From Psilocybe cubensis (lineage: Eukaryota): a DNA stretch of 64,000 nt. A program made the translations under genes and the position numbers. The stretch lies in assembly GCA_017499595.2 (NCBI GenBank), contig CM039003.1, forward strand, positions 434,001 to 498,000, read 5' to 3'. Shown here piece after piece: positions 51,736-61,300 of the stretch. Positions within the stretch are counted from its first letter, which is position 1. Every line of letters starts with the position of its first letter. The notes under the pieces are model-generated. The model did not search any database, was not told the origin of the DNA, and saw nothing but the letters and a program-made list of their open reading frames with translations.

Positions 51736-52800
51736 ACACATTTCGTGTCTCTCACACAAATTCCGGTGTACGAAGAATTGTGACTCCAACACCAAATCCT
51801 GGCGCACGAAAGATTGTGAGTCCCTCACCAAATTCTCGCGCTCACCACATTTCGCGGCTCTCACACAAATTCCGGTGCACGAAACATTGTGAGTCCTTCA
51901 CACACATTCTGGCGCTCACCACATTTCACAGCTCTCACACTAACTCAGGTGCATCCCTCACACAAATTCTGGTGCTCACCACATTTCGAGTCCCTTGCAC
52001 AAATTCTGGCACTCCGCTCTTTTCGAGTCCCTCATACAAATTCCGCTGCGTGACACATTTCGAGTCCCCTCACACAGACTCTGGAACTCCCCACATTTCA
52101 CGTCCCTCACACAAATCCCGGTGCACGAAACATTGTGAGTCCTTCACACAAATTCTGGCACTCACCACATTTCAATTCCCTCACACAAACTCAGGGGCAT
52201 CCCTCACAGCGTCCCCTCACAAATTCCACTGCACAACACATTTCGTGTCTCTCACACATATTCTGGTGCACGAAACATTGTGAGTCCCTCACCAAATTCT
52301 CGCGCTCACCACATTTCGCGGCTCTCACACAAATTCCGGTGCACGAAACATTGTGAGTCCTTCACACACATTCTGGCGCTCACCACATTTCACAGCTCTC
52401 ACACTAACTCAGGTGCATCCCTCACACAAATTCTGGCGCTCACCACATTTCGAGTCCCTCGCACAAATTCTGGCACTCCGCTCTTTTCGAGTCCCTCATA
52501 CAAATTCCGCTGCGTGACACATTTCGAGTCCCTCATACAGATTCTGGAACTCCCCACATTTCGCGTCCCTCACACAAATCCCGGTGCACGAAACATTGTG
52601 AGTCCTTCACACAAATTCTGGCACTCACCACATTTCGATTCCCTCACACAAACTCAGGGGCATCCCTCACAGCGTCCTCTCACAAATTCCACTGCGCGAC
52701 ACATTTCGTGTCTCTCACACATATTCTGGTGCACGAAACATTGTGAGTCCCTCACCAAATTCTCGAGCTCACCACAGTTCGAGTCCCTGACCTGACTTCG
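51736..52800. repeat. 37-bp minisatellite with ~464-bp higher-order repeat (right subterminal array)
   Basis: Consensus ACATTTCGAGTCCCTCACACAAATTCTGG(C/T)GC(T/A)C...; anchor TTGTGAGTCCCTCACCAAATTCTCG at 51814, 52278 and 52741. Confidence 0.93.
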
Positions 52801-53096
52801 GGTGCACGTAACATCTAGGGTCGTCCTCAGCAATTTCGGCTGTGCCCAGAAATTTTAACCTTCCGAGACCATGGCAGTGTTGTCTTGCTTGATATCAAAC
52901 TATGACAACATTTATTGAGCCCACATGTAATGAGGCCCATTCCATGCCATACAGCAGCCCGGGAGTGGATCAACAAGCTTATCATAGAATGTTTCAGCAG
53001 ATTAAATTGGAAATGCGGTAGGTGCGGACATTTGAGTGATAAATTATGTTTGCCGTGAGCAAGATATTTAGGTCTTGATGACTGTTTTAGGAAGAT

Positions 53097-53166
53097 GGAA
53101 TGTACGGTTCATGGTTAGCAGGCATGTAGGGTCTACATCTATGAGGACTGTAAGGTACATTATACC
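53097..53166 (-). repeat. Right terminal inverted repeat
   Basis: Ends TGTAAGGTACATTATACC, the exact reverse complement of 38086-38103. Confidence 0.9.
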
Positions 53167-54105
53167 GTATTTCTATATGGCCGATTTGCGGTGACAAGAG
53201 GCCACTTTACTTATTCAAACCTTGCTCAATCATAGGACTACGACTCAACACATAATAGACCATTGGGTTATTCTACTGTATGGTCTTTCTATCTCCCCTA
53301 TCGTTAGGACTGAAGCCCTTGTGCAGTTCCCATTGACGATCCGAGTTGCGCACCTGTCGTAGTCCGATAACGTTTGGTTAAGCCACGTCATGTATAGATA
53401 TGAAATCTAACAATGCACCGTACTTTCAGGTGTATTACACTGCAATGAATCTCTTTCAACAAGCCGATTATAGCGAGGTCCTTAACCATTGGTGATGAAA
53501 CTTTTGATCTTTCTTTAGATTTCTTTTTCTCTCCAATTTCTGATTGTTGATCGATTCAAATGTTCTCTGCTGGATAACTCGTGTATCGCATGAGCAGGAA
53601 GACAAGGAAGGAGAGCAAAGATGGATGAGAACTACTCTTTCACGCACCACGGCAAGTTCTGTGTATTTATAGACCCCTTTTCCACATGCATCATAAAAGA
53701 TAACCAACGGTCATTAGATCACCTCTACCAGCATGACCCGGGTTTATCTGTTTTATATCGCCTAAGTTTTACCTTCCCATCCTAAAATCTATATTAATTG
53801 TATGGTTCTCTTGCAGATCAGCACGTCGACATATCTGATAGAGCACAAACAGACCGAAATACTATGCAGATAATTTTAACAGATCTGTTGAGGCTCTTAC
53901 AAAGGAAAGACGAGTTGCATCGCAAAAGAAGGTGCACCGCTGGCCATATGGAGACGTTATGATTAAGAATCGGTTCTACAGGATATCCGAAAGATAGAAC
54001 CCCCTACCAACGCGACCTGCCTTCCTAACAATAGAGTGCTAGGCCTCAATATAAACCCCTTATTACAGATTAACGGTCCCACTGCATCATTTTGTTCAGC
54101 AACGA

Positions 54106-56304
54106 ATGAGGTTCAATACCATATATCTGACAGCCGTCTCATTATGTTGTGGGGGAGCTTTCGCCGGCCAAGTTCCAATTATTGAAGGGGTTCTTGGTGG
54201 TGTTCCCAGCACACCGCCGTTGACCTTCAAACACGCTTCTACATCGGCAACCACTCCAGGGAAGCTTCGATTGGTTGAAAACTCTGGAATATGTGGTCAG
54301 TAGCCGTCTCAGTTGCTTTATCACTCTATAAACTTTCCTCCCTCCAGAAACTACACCTGGCGTTTTCCAAGCTTCCGGGTATGGTGACTTAACGTCAACA
54401 GAAAGCATCTGGTAGGCTTGATTAACTAATTTTGGTTTTCGTTCACTCGACTGAGATTTTCTTGCACAACATAGGTTCTGGTTCTTTGCAGCTCGCAAAA
54501 ATCCGGATACAGCGCCTCTTGCGCTGTGGTTCAATGGCGGTGTCCGTCTCGCTATTGTCTTTAATGTGCACGAATCTGACTCGGTAATAGCCCGGGAGCT
54601 CCAGCATGATTGGACTTTTCCAAGAACATGGTCCTTGTCGAATTACTAATGACAGCACATCGGTTACTCTCAACCCGTTTTCATGGAATAACAAAGCCAA
54701 TGTGCTATACATTGATCAACCCGTTGGAGTAGGGTTCTCTCATGGAGATCTTAAAGTTGGGACATCACAGCAGGCTGCTTCCGATATCTGGACCTTTATG
54801 CAGATGTTCCTCTCAGACTCCAGGTTTTCAAAGTACCAGGCCAATAACCTGGCTATCTGGACGGAATCGTTCGTGTCCACCCAAATTTATCCCAAATGCT
54901 TTGAACTGATTACATCGATCAACTTGAATTAGATACGGCGGTCACTATGGTCCTACATTTGCTTCGTAAGAGGCTAAATTCTCTAATGTAATATTTTATA
55001 CCGCTGATTAACCATGAGTGCAGATTCTTTCTTTCTCAGAATGCGGCCATTGACGCCGGCACTGTTTCTGGCTTGAAGTTGAATCTCAAAGTTCTGGGAG
55101 TCGGAGATGGACTTACGGTGAGTACCGAAATCGACGAATTGTTACACAAGTTTTACCTCAGGATTGACTGCTTGTACATAGGATCCGTTGACACAGTACC
55201 CCGGCTATATCTCATACGCCGCAAGTAATCCTTATCACGCGTTAGTCTCTACTTCAGCCATCTCCAAGGCAAATACTTCCTGGTCATCCTCGACTGGATG
55301 CAAATCCCAGGTAAGATATTGATTAAGTTGATAGTGTTCAGGCTGATTTTTTATCATTGTCTTCTAGATCACGTCCTGTAACAATGGCGGATCCAACTCC
55401 GTCTGTTCGAAAGCTCAAAGTTTCTGCAATAACAACATCTTGTCACCTCTAGCGGGAAATTTTGATGTACGAATATGTTCTAACTTTCTTGTTGACTGTG
55501 CTGATATTAGATGCTTGCAAGGTATACTACGTTCCAACAAGGAACCCTGACCCATACCCTCCCGATCTTACTAATTATCTCGCTTCTATCGCAAGCAAGA
55601 TCGGCGCAGAGGCAACTTGGGAGGAAACAAATGAGAATGTGTATTCCAATTTTGCGGCAACCGGCAAGTTTACAAAGCAATATCCTACGTCTACGTTTCT
55701 TACTTTCATCTAAAGGCGATTGGATGAGAAATTCTCGCCCTGACTTGGAGACTGTCATTAACGCCGGGGTAAGCCCCTATCACCTTCAGGTTCTCGAGTA
55801 ATAACCAGCTCTTATTTCAATGACAGGTACGAACCATCGTTTATGATGGTGATGCGGTGAGTTTGATAGTCGAAGCATCAAACCCCTAATAACGAAGATG
55901 CTTCATAACGTTCAGGACTATATTCTGAATTTCAACGGAGTGGAAGCAATGGTAACATGGACTTATTTTTTAGACTTCTCTGAGCTTACATTTGACTCTT
56001 CCAAACTCAGGTCAACGCGCTCGACACCCAATTTACGACTTTATTCAAGCAGCAGCAATTCCAGACGTACACAGTTGCTGGACAGACAGCTGGGCAATTC
56101 AAGAATGCTGGTCTTTTCTCTTATGTTCGCATTTTTGGCGCTGGCCACGAGGTACCTGCGTACAAGGTGAGTGTCCTACCTATGATGAGATTCATACTCT
56201 TTTGATAATCGTTCTTCATAAAGTTTGGAACGCTAGCTTATGGACAGGCAGCCGCTCAAATGTTCACCCAAATAATGGCTAACCAATCACTTTCATCGAC
56301 ATAA
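54106..56304 (+). CDS. Secreted serine carboxypeptidase, peptidase S10 (copy 2)
   Basis: Signal peptide, [56 protein letters not shown]; stop TAA 56302-56304. Confidence 0.93.
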
Positions 56305-56307
56305 TTG

Positions 56308-56480
56308 TGTTAGAGTTCCCTCTAACGTAGACACACACACGTGCCTGTAGTCACATATCACACAGTATTTGTAGACACACCCGTAGCTACGTAGCCTCAG
56401 TTCCTTCTTTGTTAGCACACCCAACACGTTCTGGTCCTTCGTCTCTCTCTCCCGCCTCGTCTCCGGGTCTCCTCCTAACA
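56308..56480 (+). repeat. 5' LTR (173 bp)
   Basis: TGTTAG...CTAACA; reads identical to 62561-62733. Confidence 0.97.
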
Positions 56481-57027
56481 TCAAGAAGGAACTCTAACAC
56501 ATTCAAAACATCCTCTCTCATCGCCTTTTGGCATTTCAATACCACCGTTTCCCAAACTGCCTGGACTACCTCGTTCCCCTTCGATCCTGCCCATCCAGCA
56601 GGATATCGAAGCCTGTACCGACACTTGTGACCGCTACTCTTGGCAATTATTTTTTTTGCAAAGAGACCTCTTGTTGCACGAAGAAACCCTGCGTATTGCT
56701 TCCAACCAGGGTGCATCTTTTGATACCCTTCGGCGACTTACTGCTGCTGTTATAGACTGTCAACGGTCAATCTCACATACCAGAGACCTTCTCGCTTCCG
56801 CTGAAAGACAGTTGCGTTACCTACACGACCAGGCTGATCGCGTTCGCGACCTACAAGATTGTCTGGCTACTCTGTCTCGCCGCATTGATAATCTGGCTTT
56901 TACCACCTCTCTTAGCCCTGCTATTTTGTCTGGACTTCACGCCCGCCTTGACGATATTCTCAGCTCTCCTCTCTTCTCCAGGTCCTCTACCCCAGACAGC
57001 TTACCTGACCTTGAACCCTCCGATTAG
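56479..57027 (+). CDS. ORF0: AUG-less coiled-coil ORF upstream of gag
   Basis: Stop-free frame of 182 sense codons with heptad-like LLASAERQLRYLHDQADRVRDLQDCLATLSRRIDNL; no ATG. Confidence 0.45.
   Translation, partial: HQEGTLTHSKHPLSSPFGISIPPFPKLPGLPRSPSILPIQQDIEACTDTCDRYSWQLFFLQRDLLLHEETLRIASNQGASFDTLRRLTAAVIDCQRSISHTRDLLASAERQLRYLHDQADRVRDLQDCLATLSRRIDNLAFTTSLSPAILSGLHARLDDILSSPLFSRSSTPDSLPDLEPSD
56483..56493 (+). promoter_or_regulatory. Primer-binding site, self-priming type
   Basis: AAGAAGGAACT is complementary to AGTTCCTTCTT at 56399-56409 in the LTR; no TGG tRNA-type start. Confidence 0.7.
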
Positions 57028-57123
57028 AAGCGCATATATTCACCCTTTTGGCGCATACACCCACCCTCTCTGTTTTTTTCTCTTTCCTTTTTTTAATTCG
57101 CTTCTCGCTTATCGTTTGCACTC

Positions 57124-58308
57124 ATGCCTCCCGGAAAAAGTAAAGGTCGTTCGGTCTCCCCCCGTCGTGGTCGTGACGGTAGTGATGACGACACTGTGTC
57201 CCGAATTGACCCTGCCATTATCGCTCTCATTAAGGCTAGCCAGGAATCCAATAAAGAAACTATGAAAGATATTCTCGAACTGTCGCGTATACAAGCCGAA
57301 ACTATGTTCAAATCATTCCTCGCGTTACCCCAACTCCAAACCTCTACCCACTCCTCTGCGACTACCTCTACCGCCCGCTCTGGTGATTCACGCGCTTATA
57401 AGGTGCCCTTTCCAGGTGCCTTCGACGGCTCCTCTGATACTGTCGAAGACTTGCTGGCCTCATGGCGTAACTTTTTTCACTCCGACCCCGAAGCATACAA
57501 AACCACTGATTCCAAAGTACGCACCGCTCTCAGTTCTTTCAAGACCGGCACGCCCGCTGTCTGGCGTAACCAGCTCATTGAAGAGCTAGAGTCTGGGCAA
57601 TGCGTCTTAACCAACTGGTCCGACTTTGAGGAGCGCGTGAAAGACTCCTTCCTGTTCCATTTCTCGCAACAACGCGCGGCACGCGAGATCATGTGCATCC
57701 GTCAGAACTCCACGCCCACTCAAGAGTTCATTATTATCTTCGAGAACCTTGCCTTTCGCTCCAAGTTTAACGACGAAGCGTTGATCCAATGCTTCAAAAT
57801 GGCCTTGGATAAGCGTATTATGGAGGAGATTGGACGAACACACCGTGAGATGCCCACATTCGCGGAATGGAAGAGTGCCGCAATCTTGATGGCTCACAGA
57901 CTGCGTGAGACTGATGCCACGGTGACTCCGGTCGTCAACACCACCGCCACCTGGCGTCCTCCCCCTTCTTTCACCTCCACCCCTTCCACTGTTCAAAAGT
58001 CTAGCAACCCCCGCCCCGCTGCTCCTGCCCCCAACGCGACTCTACCTGCAAACATCTCCGCTGCTCCGAATCGACGTGCCGCCCTGCCCTGCTTTAACTG
58101 CGGCGTATTTGGCCACTTCATGCGAGTCTGCCCCAAACCCAAAGATCTCGAATTCCAACGCAAATCACGCGCAAAACTGGAACGAGCTCGGGCCGTCCTC
58201 GAGTGCTTTGATGCTTTGCCTGATGACGACAAGCATGAGATTCGATGCGTTGATGTTGACGAAAGTGCCTTGTTTGATGATTCGGATTTTGTTTCTTGCG
58301 TCGAGTGA
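57124..58308 (+). CDS. gag: Gag (retrotransposon capsid plus CCHC zinc knuckle)
   Basis: P..FDG, A..W, W.DF capsid motifs; CFNCGVFGHFMRVC knuckle. Confidence 0.92.
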   Translation: MPPGKSKGRSVSPRRGRDGSDDDTVSRIDPAIIALIKASQESNKETMKDILELSRIQAETMFKSFLALPQLQTSTHSSATTSTARSGDSRAYKVPFPGAFDGSSDTVEDLLASWRNFFHSDPEAYKTTDSKVRTALSSFKTGTPAVWRNQLIEELESGQCVLTNWSDFEERVKDSFLFHFSQQRAAREIMCIRQNSTPTQEFIIIFENLAFRSKFNDEALIQCFKMALDKRIMEEIGRTHREMPTFAEWKSAAILMAHRLRETDATVTPVVNTTATWRPPPSFTSTPSTVQKSSNPRPAAPAPNATLPANISAAPNRRAALPCFNCGVFGHFMRVCPKPKDLEFQRKSRAKLERARAVLECFDALPDDDKHEIRCVDVDESALFDDSDFVSCVE

Positions 58309-61300
58309 GTAGTACGTCCTCGCCGCTTCTGTACAACAACCCTGTAATTACTCCCAAATTGCATGTTGCATTGTCTCCAAAATCCGTACCTCTGCCCGTG
58401 TTACCTGTTTACGCGACCCCTCAACCTTCATTATCCAATTCTGTATTGACTCCTGACAAGCCCTCTTCTTCAACAACATCACCCAACTCCGACTACCCGA
58501 CACCAACACTCCTGCCCGCGCACCCACAACCTCCAACTATGGCACCCGATTGCATTCCATATTCAGACCTCTTTTTATCCTGTCCTGAGGATGATCCACC
58601 AGAGCTGCAAGCCCCAGATGCCTCTGATGATTCGGATGAAGATTCGCCAACCAAGCCTGCTCAACAAACCTCCGCCCACGATGATGCATCTGTCTCTATG
58701 ACACACGATGCAAGTCCACCACCGGCCCCACGCGACTCTCTACTTTGCAGCCCGCCCGTCGCTGACCACACAGACTGCCCGCCTTCAATCCCTACACCTG
58801 TCCGCACCGTCCTGTGCAACTTGCGCCGATTACGCAGCACGCCTTGGCGAACCGAGAGCCTGCTCAAATCCTGGGCCCCAAAGGAGCGTTGGGACGACAT
58901 TGACGATGATCTGATTGCTGCTCTTTGCGATCTCCCCTGGACCGACGCCGCCAAAGTCCTCCAGCAGCTCAAGAAGCCCCGCGACTACATCTCCCGCATG
59001 GGGAGTAAATGCCTTGACATTCCAATGTCGGCTGCACCCCCAGGCTCGACCTCTTTGGTGTCGCTGAAAGCGCTCTTAGACAGCGGTGCCACTGGTTGTT
59101 ACGTGCACTCCGATTTTGTCAAACTCAATGGATGGGTGACTGAGCGGCTGCCCCACCCCGTTAGCGTTTACAATGCAGACGGAACTCGCAATGCCAACGG
59201 TGCTATCACAGATGTTGTTTACCTTGTCATCCGCATTGAAAACCATGTTGAGCGACTCCGCCTTTCAGTCACCAACACGGGATCATCTTCCCTCATCCTC
59301 GGGCACTCCTGGCTCTGGTTCCATAATCCGCTTGTTGACTGGCGAGAGGCCAAGCTCTGCTTTGCACGCTGCCCCACGTCCTGTGGTGCTGACGTGCTGC
59401 CGACTTCGCACCCTGATGGCGAAACCGTGAATGTTTGCCGCGAAGGACCCCAGCTCCGTGAAGACGACATCTTTGATGACAGCCCGGGCCCCTTCACGCC
59501 GGTCTCTGCTGCGGAATGGGCTGACGCCTTTGCTGGTGAACTTGCCGATGGTGAATCGATGTGCGCGGTTGACCTCAATGAGTTCACGTCCGAACAAGTC
59601 CATGGCTCATGCGACCACCGCATTTCTCACTTTTTGCGAACTCAACGTGAAGCAGCTTCATATCCCGACCGCTACCTGAAGGAATTTGCACCTGTTTTCT
59701 CCAAAGAGGAGTTTGACGAGCTCCCACCCCGTCGCCCATGGGATCATGCTATTAACCTGAAACCAGATGCAAAGTCGTTCAAAGCAAAGCCGTACCGTCT
59801 GTCGCCCGCTGAAACCTCGAAGGTCAAGGAATGGATAGAAGAGGAAAAACGCACTGGCCGTATACGGGACTCCATCTCTCCCTATGCCGCCCCTTTCTTC
59901 TTCATCCAGAAAAAGGATGGCTCACTGCGCCCTGTGCAAGACTACCGACGCCTGAACGATATCACGATCAAGAACCGCTATCCATTGCCGCTCATCTCTG
60001 ACCTCATGGACAAGCTTAAAGGCGCGAAAGTATTCACCAAACTTGACGTCCGCTGGGGTTTCAATAACATTCGTATCAGGGAAGGCGATGAGCACAAGGC
60101 TGCCTTTATCACGGAGTTTGGACTTTTTGAGCCTCTTGTAATGTTCTTTGGATTGACAAACTCACCAGCTACCTTCCAGAATATGATGAACGATCTGTTC
60201 AAGGATCTCATTGCTGGCGGCCATGTCGTGATATATATGGATGACATCCTCATCTTCACTGATGATGTCCAGTCCCATCGACATCTTGTCCGCAATGTCT
60301 TGCAGATTCTGGAGGACAACAAGCTTTATCTGCGGCCAGAAAAGTGCTGTTTTGAGCAGGACCGTGTGGAATACTTGGGCGTCATTGTCGGCCACGGGAA
60401 AATGTCCATGGATCCCAAGAAAGTTGACGCTATCACCTCTTGGCCAATCCCGCGCTGTCGTAAGGACGTCCAACAGTTCCTCGGTTTCGTCAACTTCTAC
60501 CGTAGGTTTATCAAGAACTTCTCCCGCATTGCCGCTCCCCTGCATGCCCTGGGTGGTTCGGCGCCTTGGGTATGGGACAATTTGTCAACATCCGCCTTCA
60601 ACGAGCTCAAATCCGCCTGCGCTTCACACCCGGTGCTACTTCTTCCCCGCGACGGTGCCCCATTCCGCATAGAGGCAGACAGCTCTGGATACGCAACCGG
60701 CGCGGTGCTCAGCCAATTTGTTGACAATTCCTGGCAACCGGTCGCGTTTGCTTCAAAAGCCCTCAGTCCCGTTGAGCGCAACTACGAGATACATGACCGC
60801 GAACTACTGTCAATCATGAGGTCTCTCGATGACTGGCGACGCTACCTCCACGGCTCCGATTCTCCTGTTGAGATCCACACCGATCACAAGAACCTTCAGT
60901 ATTTCATGACCGCTCAGAAATTGAACCGTCGTCAGGCTCGCTGGTCCCTGCAGCTCGCTGAATTCGATTTCGTACTCGTCCACAAGCCAGGCCCGACCAT
61001 GATCTGCGCAGACTCGTTGTCCCGCCGCCCCGACTACGATAAAGGTGTTGGCGACAACGAAAACGTCACCTTACTGCGCCCAGAACACATTCGACGTACT
61101 GCTGAATGCTCAATTGGGGATGACCCCGTCCTGGCTGACATTCGAACTCACCAGCACCAAATCACTGAAATGTGGGAAAAGCACAAGAACCTGCCTGGCT
61201 GGTCCCTCCACGACGGCTTGCTTTCATGGCATAACCGAATCTTTGTGCCAAACAAAGGCAACTTGCGTCAACGAATACTCGCCGACTGTCATGATCACCA

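Larger units (their letters stand above)
38086..53166. mobile_element. 15.1-kb KDZ-class (Kyakuja-Dileera-Zisupton) DNA transposon with cargo genes
   Basis: 70-bp imperfect TIRs (outer 18 bp GGTATAATGTACCTTACA perfect), internal KDZ transposase, subterminal repeat arrays, several non-housekeeping genes; no clear target-site duplication. Confidence 0.85.

Noticed and set aside
51696-52795. His/Thr/Ser-rich ORFs of 171-195 aa
   Set aside because: They are translations of the 37-bp minisatellite; the period is not a multiple of 3 and the same peptides recur in different frames.
51736-52800. CRISPR-like appearance of the 37-bp arrays (also 39031-39141)
   Set aside because: No unique spacers between repeats, no cas genes, eukaryotic context.
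38086-53166. TET/JBP dioxygenase expected in a fungal KDZ element
   Set aside because: No HxD...H...R double-stranded beta-helix pattern recognised in any exon; an HMM search is still needed to exclude a decayed copy.
38051-53204. Similar flanking strings GCGTGACAAGGGCC (38051) and GCGGTGACAAGAGGCC (53188) as a possible TSD
   Set aside because: Not adjacent to the TIRs and need two gaps; likely chance.
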